Source of the DNA: Lytechinus pictus
Taxonomy: Eukaryota
Reading direction: 5' to 3'
DNA: 64,000 bases
Assembly: GCF_037042905.1 (NCBI RefSeq)
Contig: NC_087258.1
Location: 27,838,001 to 27,902,000 of the forward strand
Position numbers and translations under genes: made by a program. This document shows positions 1-13,665 of this stretch, piece after piece (position 1 is the first letter of the stretch; every line of letters starts with the position of its first letter). Under the pieces are notes generated by a model. It made no database searches. It saw only the letters and a list, made by a program, of their open reading frames with translations, and had not been told where the DNA came from.

Positions 1-1719
1 ACTATGTCTGAACCTAGGAGGGGGGCAAAGGGGCACCAGGATGGCTACGCAGTGTATGCACAGTGAATCACAAAAGGGGGCAGCAGGGGCACTTTCAACA
101 AAAAAGCGACAAAACACGCAATTGAGGTGAGCAAACTGTTTGCTTTCCCTATACAAATGCAGATGTTTCTCAGCCAAACTGCAAGGATTTGGACAAAGTA
201 GTGTTGATGTGTGAAATTCTGCTGCCTATTGTTTAGGAAGGTAGTGATGAATTTTCGGTTGGCAGCAAAAATCTTGCACTTTCTCTTGGCAAAGTTGTGA
301 CACACCACTGGAATACATCAGCTACTGTTTACATAAAAGAAGAGTATAAAATAATTAATTCAGAAACTGCATTATTTTGGAATTAAAATTAGCTTCTGAA
401 GCACTTTGATAGCCCGATAAAAGCAATAAAATTGGAATGCTACAAGCTTCAATGTATCTGATATTTTGACAGTAATTTGTTTCTTTGGAGTCATAAAACC
501 TCTCACTTAATTGTCCATTTGTTCGTTTTCAAAAAATAGATTTACTGGCCCTATGGTAATAAAACTAGATAATTTATGTCTTATATTGACAATAATGAGA
601 AGAAATAATGCTGGTAATACTTGTCATCAAAGATATTAAAAACATCTTCCTAAGGAATCAATTTCTGTAATGCACACGAGAGACACACCAGAAGTTTCCA
701 TTACTTTCAATTATTAAAAACACAGCTCTTATCATCAGAAAAGATCCGCCAGGTAAATTTTAGATGAGCCTCGAAGAGAGTAAAGTGAGAATAGTGTCAG
801 ACCTGCTAATGTCACGTTGCAACGTCATTCCAAAGAACATCTTTAATGTTCTCTGACTCAACCGTGCCCTATTACGTGACATTATGATTTGTCTCAACTG
901 GTTTTTAAACGACTTTGTGATCAGCCAGGTTTCAACGGTGTAACAGAGAAGACATGATCAAGAAGTCGGCTCGATTCAAGGAATTTGTTCTGGGATTTGA
1001 CCAATATACTGTTACTATCTTACCCAAGTACACCCGTTTTTGTTTCCTTCTCTTCTTTAAATTTCTCTCTGTTATTCATCAGTTTCTTTAAATTGTTAAT
1101 TTTGGTCATGTCCATCATTCGAGAGTCAAGTATGAATTTTGGATGATGCACAAGTAGACCCGAAGCCCTATATCGAGAGGAGGTTTTCTACTTCTCTTAC
1201 TATTTCTTCCTGTTTTCCTGTCTTAAACAAGGCAGCCAAACTATAGGCCTCATCATACCCTCCTTCTAAGGGACTGGGAAATATGATGACTGAGGCTCTT
1301 AGAAATATCAAGTATTTGCTTTTCTTGGGCTTCTCATCCTGATATTTGACACTTCCATTTCTCTAATTAAAAACTGAGTCCAATTCTCCTCCATTTGGCT
1401 GACCAGGGAAGCAAAGCCCCAGAAAGAGGGAGTCAAATTAGAGCAAGAATTCTGCATTATCAGCCTTTCAGCTGCAGATAGAACTCAAAAATTGTGTCAG
1501 GAAAATCCAGTAGCCCTTCCAACTCCTAATGAACAAATTGTTTATTTGCCCAGGGTTCATCACATGAAGTCACTTCTAACCATCTCCTCCCAGTAAAGTC
1601 TGTAGGCATCCCGAAATGCAGGAGCTTCGTATCCCAAAATGCCATGGCAGATTACCCATAATGCCATGGGAGATTACCCTCAAAGTTGTGACCCTACCAT
1701 TTTCTTCTAGAATGTAACA

Positions 1720-1863
1720 CCAGGGGAGTGTTTCACAAAGCTAGTAGTCAGTGATTTCCACCGACTGATTTGTTCTGAGCCAATCAGATGCCAGGATTTC
1801 TGCAGCTTGTAACAGTTATCAGTCAACATCACTGACTATTTGTTTCATGAAATGCTTCTTAGG
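1720..1863. mobile_element. ~140-bp MITE-like repeat, CCAAT-box family, copy 1
   Basis: Degenerate TIRs CCAGGGGAGTGTTTCA...TGAAATGCTTCTTAGG with central AGCCAATCAG; alignable by eye to 3758, 8958 and 45102. Confidence 0.7.
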
Positions 1864-3757
1864 ACTTAATGTTGTATCAGGTTATCTAGTTATTACCACT
1901 TATCCTATCTCCTCTATTGGTATGTTCACATCAAGAAGTCTGCTACTGTCAATGCTAAAAGGACATTAAGATCATGATAGGATCACAGAAGCTAATGACT
2001 TTGTGGCTTTAAAAAGATCTGGAATAATGTAGAGTGTTTATCGGTCTCAAACACATTTGAGCTGAAAATATATACAATTCTCAGTCTGTTCGTGCCAAGT
2101 TCAGGAAATTCTTACAGAACATTCTTTCTTACTGAGCCCAAAGGTCCTCTAGTTTCTAACATACTCATTTTTCTTGCCCTATTTCTCTTTATTTCCCTTC
2201 CCCCTCCTCCTCCTCTACTTCTTTTTAAGATAGGCATACTTCTTCCCTTTTTTGTTCTTTACATCTCAACATCTACATCAAATGAATCATTATCTCTTTC
2301 TCTCACTGCTCTCTCTCTTCCTCTTCCCATCTTTTCTTTGTCTCTCCTCTGATATTCTAAATTCGATATTAAGTGTTAATGCATCATTATTATGTTTTCA
2401 TTTATTTTTGGTATGTTCTATACTGCCTCTTTTTTTTAAGACATCTTCCCTCTCCTTCCACTTGACCCATCACTACACAGTTCTCTCCACTTTTCTTGCT
2501 CCCCCTTCCCCATATAGCAGCCAGCCAGCCCCCCCCCTCTCAATTGTTACCCAAATAACACCAGATTTCATGGTCAGGAAATTGCATTACTGACTCATTA
2601 TTTCACACTCCCTCATCATCAAATGAAATTCTATATCGCCATGACAATGGATACCAACTCATCTCAACCCATAATGATGCATTCATATTTCCTCCCTTTT
2701 CCCACCAGCCGGCTAACAAGTCCTCGTTCTGGATCCAACCCCCTAATTCAATTTCAGGAAATTAGATCCTGCTCATTGTTTCTCACAAAATTCCTCCACT
2801 CCACATTGCTCTTAAAGTTCTATCAAAAAGATTTCCCATTTGAATTTCCTCTCCACAAATGAATTTTCTCACTTCTCACATAGTCCCCCCCCCCCCCCTT
2901 ACATGTCTGGCCTATTCCATCATGCATTGTCCCTGGGTACAATTTTACTCCAGTCCTCTTCTATCTGCCCACATCATTTCAATAGATAATGGCGCTTGTA
3001 CTTTTTGGTATTTTCAATTCCCAGCCTTGACCTTTAGGGAAATGAAATAACTTTTGTTATTAACTTATTTTAATTCCTCTCCAATCAGAATGAATCCTTA
3101 TTATGAACTGCTGTTCTTTTTTTTCTTTTCTTCTGCTGGATGTCTCATGCATCTCAATCTGGTAATTTGGTTTGGATGTCACGTCCTCTTTTTCTCAGTA
3201 TTCTGTAATTGTTTTTTTTTTGCAGTCTACCTGCTTTACACTAAGCCTTCAAAATGTTTCTTTGTGCATACAGCTATAACATTTGCACTTTTATTTTTTT
3301 ATCTTTAATCTACTTTCCCCAAATTCCAATATCATATCTCTCTCTCCATCTCTCACCCAATCTCTCTCCCATACACTAAAAACATCTTCTTCCCATCAAC
3401 TCTCATTTACCTACCCTCTCCTTCCCTTTCTCCACCATACCCCCCCCCCCCCCAACAAACACTTCAGAACCCATCCATCTCCCATCATAAAACTATGGCT
3501 CTTTTTTTCTTTGGTTGAGTCATCATCTTCATATCTCTACCAATTTCATCCAGTGCTCTTTGAAGCCCTTGAAGTCGGTGTCATTACCAGTCGCCTATTT
3601 ATCCTCTTCTCCCTCTCAACAATGATCCCTCTCCTCTTATCAGATGAGAAGTACCTCAATAAAGCTTCATCAAATTGTGTTGCAAACACTGAAATAGGGG
3701 TGCAGGAGGAGCGCATGGGGGCAAAGGGGTTCCAAAAGAACTCTCTAACCCCTTTGT

Positions 3758-3900
3758 CCAAGGGGATAGTTTCACAACATATCTTGTCAGTGAACTTCAC
3801 TGAGAAGTTCCACTAGAGCCAATCAGAATTAACTATTTCACTAGCTTATAACAAATAGCCAGTGAAAATCAATCACTTTTTGTTTAATGAAATGCTACCC
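3758..3900. mobile_element. ~140-bp MITE-like repeat, CCAAT-box family, copy 2
   Basis: GGGGATAGTTTCAC...AGCCAATCAG...TAGCTTATAACA...CAGTGAAAATCA...TGAAATGCTACCC; homologous to copies 1 and 3. Confidence 0.65.
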
Positions 3901-5978
3901 AAATTATCTTGTAGTTGTTCAAGGAGCTTTGAACAATGCCAACAGAAAGATAACTTGACATTAATATCTACCACTCCATATACGTCACTTCTTCTTCCAG
4001 TACTTTTATTTCTACAAATCTTTAAAACACACTTGATAATTCTAACAAAACACCTCAAATTGGTGGAGGTCCTTTCAATTAAGATAAAAACTGTGGGGGA
4101 AAGACATGTTCATTTGGATGCATATGAGGGCATCTTTAGACAAATTGGTCTTAACAAAGTCACCTTGTCACCTTCTTGTTGAATCATGTGTTGCTTCAAC
4201 CTTTGTTGGCAAACCTCAAGTTAGTTTGCATAGAGGATAGTTTTATGGAAAGGTGTATTCCATCACTGCAAGTAATGCCATCATGTGCTGATTTCATCTT
4301 TGCAGGTCTGTTCAAACCATCAGTGCATCTGATGCTACAAATATACTGTTCTTTGAGCATTGCATTGCTGAACAGCAATCGCTGCACTGATCTGGTAACA
4401 GCCACACACATACACAAAAACAGAGCCTCCTTGCCATCACGGCTGAAGGTATAAATATTTCTTGAATTTTAACCTGCACTTTTTGCTCCTTAATCCTCAT
4501 TCTACCGAACATCTTCACTCATCTTGAACTGATCAGAGCTGCCTTGCTTGGTATTCTGTGCTAAGGTCAGGTTTAATGAAATAAGTTAGCTCGTTCCTTC
4601 ACCCATGTGTTACCACTTACTCCTAACATTTCAGACTCTGATCTTGAAGAGGTCTTACTAGCTTCTCTGATTGCTGTCACAATATTTCTATCTCATGGTT
4701 GTTCATCATCCTTTCCTAATTATTATTTTTCTATGCTTTTGTCACCTTCTATTCCATTATCTAGTTAAAGTAATACTTTTGTCTCATCTTCTTTCTCTTC
4801 TAGAATATATTCCAAGCTAAGTTTCTTTTGAAATTACTGCTTTCCCTTCATCATCAGTCTTGACCAGATCTGTCCCTATCTTGTCTTCTTGTGCCATCTT
4901 TTGCTCTCTCTCTCTTTCTATCTCTCTCTGTCTGTCTGTCTCTATTTTCATCTTCTCATCTCTCATCTCACCTTATCATCTGCCTCCCATTCCAGTACTC
5001 TCCCTATCCCAGAATCACTACCACCTGACTACGCTACAATCTTCCATCTCCCATTACCAGCTTGTCTCTCCTCCTTAATACCATCCCAGCATCCCGTTAC
5101 CACGACGATGCACTCCCTGACTCACATCTCCCTTCAGACTCCAAGCCAGACACCAAGGCAACATCTATCCTGAAGCATTTGCATAGAGAGGGGGGCCCCC
5201 AGCGAGTAACAGACATCTTAAACAGCCTTCTCAAAATGAAACATTCCCTGCGATTCATATCACGGTCAACTGCAGGAATACAACGTGACCTGCTTGAACC
5301 CATATACTACATGATTGGTATGCAACATTCGCATCGTCCATCCACACATATCCAACATCCATCTACCTGCTACTACCCCCCCCCCAACTAACCTAGCCAT
5401 CATCAAGCGGCACTTCTGATCTTGACTCTCAAATGAAACATTCCTTATAACTTGTTGAGTTGATGCAGATGGAGAATGAAATGTGTAACCATTGATATCA
5501 TAACTTCAGATGCAGAAGGGGCTTAACATGCATATACTATAATACAGGGCTTCGTAACAAATGATATCTACTATATCAGGCATGGGGGAATACATGGAAT
5601 TCCTATCTAAAAGTTTATTACATTGAATTCTGAAATGAATGATATATTCCCAACAGAAAGTAAACCATATACAATTATTTGTCATTACAATTGTTATTAA
5701 TGTTAAGATTATCCATGTTGATAAGAGTAATGATACGGCTGATGCATAACTCAATTCAACTCAACTGATATTCGATAACTGCCCTTTCACAACATAACCA
5801 CTTTAACATGAACTCAAATACCCATATTTTGCCTAAATTCTTAAGACTGATTTTTTTTTTGAGGGGTGGGTTCAGGTAAGGCAATGCCTCTGAAAAAAAC
5901 TACTTGCAATTAAATGGCTATGCTGTTTAGGGAAAATGAATCCATAAGAATACAAATTAATAAATCAATAGACATTGA

Positions 5979-6013
5979 ATGGATGGACAGACAGACGGAC
6001 GGACGGATGGATG
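5979..6013. repeat. Compound tetranucleotide microsatellite (GGAT/GACA/GGAC)
   Basis: atggatggacagacagacggacggacggatggatg. Confidence 0.8.
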
Positions 6014-6278
6014 AAGGGAGAAACAAAGGAAGGAATGAATAAAATAATGCATGAATGAGTACAAGTATTAATTGATGATAAAGTGTTAGGCCAAGCTCTA
6101 ATTCATTGAGCTACAATCAAAGACCAAAGTAATATTTGCTCAAGCCCTGCATACATAAGAGGAAAACCCTTCAAATGAGAGATGCCTCAAAAATAGAACT
6201 TCGCAATAAATCTCTAACATCTCCTTTCTATCTGGTGAATCAATTTAAAAAATAGACACTGTTGAGAGAGAGCAAATA

Positions 6279-6766
6279 GGTGGTTTCAAACCGCCTCGAT
6301 CACAAGAATCCCCGTTAAATTACGAGAACTTTTTAAGGCTGAAAAATACCCATTAATTATTCCTGCATTCACACCGCCCTGAAACATACCCTTCAGGATA
6401 AGTTCCTGAAGTTACGAGCATGCGCAGTATGGTGACAAAAATGGTCTGATAAGCAGCAAGGCGCGAAATTCAAAATCACTAGCCCAGCAGCAACCCATGC
6501 ACGGCGCCGCACCCAACGACATGCTGGGCTAAAAGTTCCCGTAATTTGCTTTCAGACCGCCAAAATACCCACGACCTTGGAAAAATCCCCGCGAAAGTTC
6601 TCGTAATTTCGCCAAGTACCTACTATTTATCGGGTATTTTCTTTCGGGGATATTACGCGTAGTTTGCTTTCACACCGCCAAAATACCTGGTATTTTCTGA
6701 TCGGGGTAAATTTCCCGATCAGAGAATACCTGGAACTGGCGAACTTCGAGGCGGTCTGAAACCACC
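6279..6766 (+). mobile_element. Non-autonomous TIR DNA transposon (MITE, PIF/Harbinger-like), copy A1, 488 bp
   Basis: TIRs GGTGGTTTCAAACCGCCTCGA...TCGAGGCGGTCTGAAACCACC, flanked by TA on both sides. The motif TTCAcACCGCC is re-used internally. A close inverted copy lies at 13215-13665. Superfamily is inferred from the termini. Confidence 0.88.
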
Positions 6767-8336
6767 TAATGATTAATCCTAGATATGCCTTTAGCCCCAG
6801 GCAAAAGAGAGGTGACAATTGTAGACTTGGATTAAACCAAATCAAATCAATTTTTTTTCTCTGCAGGATTGAAACGATTAATTTCAGCACCCGAAAATGA
6901 AAATGAGTCTGTAATGATAAGAGTCAAAGGTCGGCATCCTAGTTTTAGAATGTTCGGAATTTAGTCAGCTGATGAATGATAGAAATGAAAATGTTTCTTG
7001 TAAAACTAATTTTTCATCATACTCATGATATTTCTTCAAACTGTAATATGAATACTATTTTGTTTCTTACGTGGTATCCAATTGTTCCCCCATGCATTGC
7101 AGCATACTCAGAAAGTCATTGCCATGCTAGTTTTCAAGATTTTTATAAACTTATTGAAATTCCGTAAACTATTCAAATGTCAAATTTGATAACAATGACA
7201 ATTGATGTACAAATGGCTGGGGCATGGACTGTCTGCAAAAAAGGTATTGCATCAACAAAAATATTGATGACTTATATTGGAAGTTAAATGAAATCAAATA
7301 TTAGTCATGATTGGTAAATGAAATGTTGGAGCGTGTATTCTGAGATCCTATAACACCATGCTTTGAAATTTTAAACTTCTAGTGACAGAAACATGGTAAG
7401 AATCATAATGAAATCATTAGAAAAAATATATATTTGAATGGTAGCCAACAAACGAAAGCAGGATAGATTTTCAAGAAATGTTGCAAAACAACTGATGCTA
7501 TAAACTCAAACAACAAGTGTATATCCTAAACATGTATTTGAAGCGGAATGACAACACAAGCAAAATCAATTTCATATCACTCATACTTGTACACTCCCTG
7601 CTGTCTTACCATCCTGTATGTCAAACAATGAATTGGAAATGACATTTAGCAAACAGAATTACATTAAAGTGGTAACAAAATTCAGAATAGAATGACCCCC
7701 CCCCCCCCTTGATAATCCGATAAGAAAGTTACTGATGGAAATAAAGAAAAAAATGTTAAATATGTTTTCTTAAATGCCTTAGAATTCAAGTAATAATCGA
7801 AGCTGTTTTGCCCCCTGTTGCTTTAAACAAATTGTTTCTATGGTATCATAAATGGTTCAAAATGGAATGTCAACATGGATTCAACATTTTGGGGGCAATG
7901 CTCAGAGTAACATGACATGAAATGAGTCAGTGTCTGTACATAATTTCCCTATTCACACTCATAAATTCAATATAATACAACTACACCACAGAATCAGAGA
8001 ATATACAGAAATACTTGAATAATGCTAAAAGGGCAATATGAATTAAGATTTGGTTCTCAATAGTGTTTCACAAAACATGTATCAAGTTTATCACTTCAAA
8101 ATGGACAATTATTATGTCAATTACCACTGATCTTATAACTTTTTACTTCCACATTGCATTTTGAATCCTTACACAAAACCCTGTTCATATACACATATTT
8201 CCTTGTGTCTAAAAGGTATTTTAAGTAATGATATGATTCACACTAGGGGAGTTCTCACCAAATAAATAAATCCAGGTGGATCGTATCTAGAGCTATCTTT
8301 TTAAACCTGATCAGTCATGGTCATGATTAAATTTGA

Positions 8337-8373
8337 TGACCCTATGAACTGACCTTTGACCTAGATATGACCT
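8337..8373 (-). promoter_or_regulatory. Cluster of five nuclear-receptor half-sites (DR2, DR1, DR5 spacings)
   Basis: TGACCC-ta-TGAACT; TGACCT-t-TGACCT-agata-TGACCT. Motif only; function untested. Confidence 0.35.
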
Positions 8374-8957
8374 TGACAAATTCTTTGGTTTCACTTTTAT
8401 TGATGTACAATAATGGTTACTGCGAAGAGATGCCCAATAGTTCTACAAAGTCTGAGATAAAAATCTGTTTGGGACAGGAAGGGGGGGGGGGTAATCACTT
8501 TAGCTTTGAAAATGGTAGGTCTATATGATGCTGATGAATGTTTATATTTCAGATTTAATATCAAATCACACATAAAATTGCCATAGAATGGGTAAAGGAG
8601 GCAAGATTTAGAAGTACATTCATACATGTTGGATTATGTCATTCATATGGGCTTTATACAGGTATCAACCAGTTTTAGGAAGTAACGGGTGAAGTTACTC
8701 CACTGTTTGTCAATCATTGTCCTTTCTTACAAATAGAAATTTGATTATCAATCTTTTGGTAAATTACATCAATTGCTAAGAACTTATTTTAGCCAATAAT
8801 GTAGAATGAATTTATCTTTAAGATGAGAGACTGTTGTCCCAAGATAGAATGGCACTTAAGAGGTTAATATCTAAATGAGATAGTTAAACCAACAAACAAC
8901 AATATAAGAAAGAGTAAGGAGAGTTTCTGTTTCAAGGATTTACATACTCAATCAGGA

Positions 8958-9100
8958 CAAGGGAGTGTTTTATTGAACATCTTATCAGCAATTTTCACCA
9001 ATTCATTTGTTCTCAACCAATCAGTTGAAAGGATTTCAGTAGCTTGTCACAGTATTCAGTGAAAATCATTGACTATTTGTTTCATGAAATAATTCCCAAG
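8958..9100. mobile_element. ~140-bp MITE-like repeat, CCAAT-box family, copy 3
   Basis: GGGAGTGTTTTA...AACCAATCAG...GGATTTCAGTAGCTTGTCACAGT...TGACTATTTGTTTCATGAAAT...CCC; shares long exact blocks with copy 1. Confidence 0.7.
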
Positions 9101-10642
9101 TCTCTCAATTGCAGGAAAGGGATTGATACCAGAGGTAGCTAGATGATAGCAGGTAACGCTCTTTGTGTTATTGATCACTTGGCTAATTTCAGCATGCTTG
9201 TTCAACCAGTTAGCACATGTCTTGGCAAAGTCGGCCTAGAGATAGAAACACTAGCCTCTTCGCCTCACTGCCACTTTATTCAACTATAGAGGGCCTATTT
9301 TGAGACGGTTATCCATCAGTTACTGAGAATGGAGTAGCCCTGAAGCAACGAGCATTAAAACGAAGGAAAAGGCCCGTTAACATGTTCGGGGTACAGTGAT
9401 GATGCCGGGGTGTTCGTTCATTCGATTCCGGGGCACGTATTTCCTCACTATCGAACCCAATGATATCGGTTTCTTTTGGAGTCCTGCGTATTCCCTATCC
9501 GTTAGTCGGCTTCGATTTCGGGTTTCCTCCCATGGGGGACAGGGAGACACACTGGATGTTTGGCTTTGAATGCAACCCCCATTCACTGAGCAGCACCATC
9601 AATCTTAAGATAGTCAAGATACGACCTTCGTCAATTCAGGTGTATTTCTGCAATGGCTGCTAAACCATGCCAGCTTATCTCTCTTCTTTGGTAAATAACA
9701 CAGCACGTTTTACTGATTATATACCACAATCAAAATATCAAGGAATTAATCCTCGAGCATTAACAGTGTAATTTCAAAGTATAGAATAAACGGTCTACGT
9801 TTCGAAAAACAATTATAGGCTCGTTCCTGTTATACTTAGGAGCTGGGTGGAGGAAATTTATATAGAACTTCACGAAGCATTCTATGATTATAATACAAAA
9901 GAGACGATATGGGTTGAGATTTACCATTAAACAATAAATGGACATAAATCTTACTCTATCACAACCTATCCTACCATACTAGCTGTCTTAGTATATAAGC
10001 TACAAATGGACATATATCTTACTCGGTCACCAGATTACCATTCCCACAACATGAGATGTCTTAGTATTTGAATCCACTAAGACCTGAGGTGTGTCTGGAT
10101 AGGTTTACCTGGTTACGGCCGTCGCTATGGGCAGGTAGGACGATTGTGTGACAACTCATCAATTATCGGCCAATCATCCGAAACCTAACCCCGGCCCAAG
10201 AACAAGCTCCAAACGATCTAAATTGATCACTTTGCCTGAATTTACATATCTGAAAATGGGTTACGAAATATGAGAGGATAGTTGTAAAGCCTTGTCTATG
10301 GCTTTCAGCAAGAAGAACTTCCCATAAATCAGAAACCTTGTCCCTTTCTATTCATTGATTTTCCCTTGTTTTCATGAATAAAACCATTCTTAAGCCTATT
10401 TTTAACCTACTTTTGTCTTTGTACCACATCCCATATAGCTCATTGAAGCCAAATCTTGTTTGAACACTGTCTACTCATCACATACCACCTATTAACATTG
10501 GTTAATGTTAATAAAAATGCTTAAAAACCAACTTGAAATCCTTTTGATGATTTTCATTAAGATTATTTTTTAATTACTAAATTTAAGGCAAAACTAATTA
10601 TTGAAAATGCTTAATATCTGATTTAACTGTCCCATCCTTGTA

Positions 10643-10656
10643 GTTACCATGGTAAC
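10643..10656. promoter_or_regulatory. RFX X-box motif
   Basis: Perfect 14-bp palindrome GTTACCATGGTAAC matching the X-box consensus. Confidence 0.4.
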
Positions 10657-13214
10657 ACATCATTTCTTAGCAAAGATATATTTACCTCTCAAATTCGCAA
10701 CATATAATTAAATCAAATTCCTCTATCTTGCACTGCTGTAAGAAATTGAATGGAATTGGTTCAACAAAATTCCTGTTGACTACTAAGAATAGACCTACAT
10801 CTTCAATTTCTTGATAATAAACTTGATTTTCTTCTGTGAGAGAATAAGAATAGAATGTATGTCAGTCTCAAAGTGATTCACAGATGATCCATCTCTTCTA
10901 TTCAGGTCTTTGAAGCTGTAAGGGTATTGAGATTACAAATGAGCTTTCTATTTTTAGTCTGATCTTATACACAGTGGGATAAGTTCTTCCATTCATATAA
11001 ACACTTTCCAAGTGGGTATAGTAATTTCACTCTTGTCCTCTATCTCTTCCCCCTTCTCTGTTCTTTTCATCTCTTCTACCAGTTCTGCGTTTACATTTTC
11101 TTTGAAGGTATGAAATGATAGGCACATAACATTTTGCATAGCATAAACAATAAACATAAATTGACAATTCAATAGTATATTTAATGAAAAAAAAAAATAC
11201 GAACAGCAATAAAGCACTGAACCATGATATTACCCCCCCCCCCATGCTGCAACAAACAGAATAATAATCCAAGAAGTTACTTAAGTGTGTCTAATATGCA
11301 AAAGACAATCATAATATTGATAGAATATCAAACTAATTTGTTTATATCACATATACTTTGGACTTATCTTTCACTCACTTATCTCTTACTCATTTAGATC
11401 TCCTTTTCCCTCCAATTTCCTCCTTTAACCTAAAATACCACAATATCGTGTATTAAAAATAAGGACTGCACGTTTCATTGGTCTTTGACAATCATACAGC
11501 TTCTTAATCTTAACCAAATGTAATCATAGTACTTGCTACATACTCTGGAATTATTTTTTATGCAATTTTATGCAAACTACTTTTTTAAAAGAAGCAAAAT
11601 CCAACACCAGTGGCCTCGCTTGAAATTAAGGTGCCTTAATCTTAAGAACATTACTGGTAGAGATACGGATTATGTTCCACAATCCTTTTATCTTTTTCCA
11701 ACCTTTAAATTGGGGGAGATGTTCTTTTCTCTATTACATTCTAATCCTATTTGCGGAAGACAAAGGTGTACTATGTAACATTCTTCCTGGTTTTCTTTCT
11801 ATTCAGCCAAAAGAATTTTTTAAGAATCTTTCATGTAGATATAATTGCTTTTTTACTGCTTCATGCTGGAATGTAATTCTCCTCATTTCTTATGTAATAA
11901 AGAGAAAAAAGAAAAGGAAAATATAACCACATGTATTTCTAAGATGACAGAGGTTGTTTCAAAATGCAATACAATTTACTCTTTTTTATATTTTAGTACA
12001 TATATTTCTAATGTACATTCATTTTAAGGTTTCTTACAATATCATGTACGGTAATATTGTAATATGTATACTATGAAGAGCAACCATAATTGGCAAAATA
12101 AAGGTTAATATTTTTCTCTGGTAAATGTGTAATTAACTGAAAGAACAAAAAATAATCTTAACACCTTCAAAAAGTTGAACTAAACACAAAATGAAACTTA
12201 TTTGCAATGAGAAAATGGCCAGCTAGTCAAGTTAAATTCTTATATGTTCTATTCACCCTGATTTATTTAGAATGAAATACATGTGACATTTCAAAGCTAC
12301 AATGCTCTATATAGATACAGAGATTGCCATGAATGTCATTAGTTTGACACTGTTTTATATACAGTACTTACTCAACATTGAGTACATTAATTGTAGAAAG
12401 CTAGACATGTTATATTTGCTCTCAATCTTCAACAAACTCACCCCTCCAGTGCTAATCATCACACAAACACTCATACCACATTACCTCACATCATTATTAA
12501 ATAACATCGAGCATGCAAATTCCTTCCTATTTTCCCTATTTTCTGCCAAGAATTTACAGTTATAAACTGAATTTGACTTGAGAATCATAATTGAACATTT
12601 ACTTGCTGAAAAACTCAAAGCATTATATGTTTGAGATATGATCGCAGAAACACAAGAAAAGTATATTGTTTCAAACTTCTCTCACTCCCTTGCTTTCTTT
12701 CTTTCTCTCTCTTTCTATTTGAATAATATGTTTGATCCTCGCTACATTATAAACAAAATGTGTTACCTTTGTTTATCTGTGAGGTCACAGATACCATAGT
12801 CCGCAATGGTGTTACGTAACTGTGTATTCAATAGTTAAAACACATAGACCCACAACTATACAGATTGCAAATGAAAAATAGAGTGATCAACGAACATAAG
12901 TTACATAAATGATGGGTTTAAGTCAACATTTATTACTGCAAAAAAGCAGACAATTAACTTTATAATGAAGGAGAAGATTGAAACATTCAGCAGAAAGATA
13001 GATAGCAAGAGAAAGAGAAGGGATCTTTTAGACTGTACAAATTTATCTTGGATATTTTCAAGAAATTAAAGGTGAATCTCCTGAATATGTGTACATATGC
13101 TTTAGAATACACAGAGAGGAACTATTTCAGTACAACCAAAATTATGACAGTATTTTAAGAGCAGAAAGAAAACCTGTGGTAAAATTATAGATTCAGTTTG
13201 TCTGATTGTCATAA

Positions 13215-13665
13215 GGTGGTTTCAGACCGCCTCGAAGTTCGTCAGTTCCAGGTATTCTCTGATCGGGAAATTTACCCCGAACAGAAAATACCAGGTATTT
13301 TGGTAATGTGAAAGCAAACTACGCGTAATTTCCCCGAAAGAAAATACCCGCTAAATAGTAGGTACTTGGCGAAATTACGAGAACTTTCGCGGGGATTTTT
13401 CCAAGGTCACAGGTATTTTGGCGATGTGAAAGCAACTTACGGGAACTTTTAGCCCAGCGTGTCGTTGGGCGCGGGCGCCGTGGTTGGCTGCTGGGCTAGT
13501 GGTTTTGAATCTCGCACCTGCGCATGCTCCTAACTTCAGGAATTTATCCCGAAGGATATGTTTAGGGGCGGTGTGAATGCAGGAATAATTAATTGGTATT
13601 TTTAGCCTAAAAATGTTCTCGTAATTTAACGGGGATTCTTGTGATCAAGGCGGTTTGAAACCGCC
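13215..13665 (-). mobile_element. Non-autonomous TIR DNA transposon (MITE, PIF/Harbinger-like), copy A2, 451 bp, inverted relative to A1
   Basis: TIRs GGTGGTTTCAGACCGCCTCGA...TCAAGGCGGTTTGAAACCGCC, flanks TAA/TAG. The reverse complement aligns to 6279-6766 with scattered substitutions and a ~35-40-bp central deletion. Confidence 0.88.

Noticed and set aside
1-310. Possible transposon end (terminates in CACACCACTG)
   Set aside because: The other terminus would lie outside the window; TIR and TSD cannot be verified.
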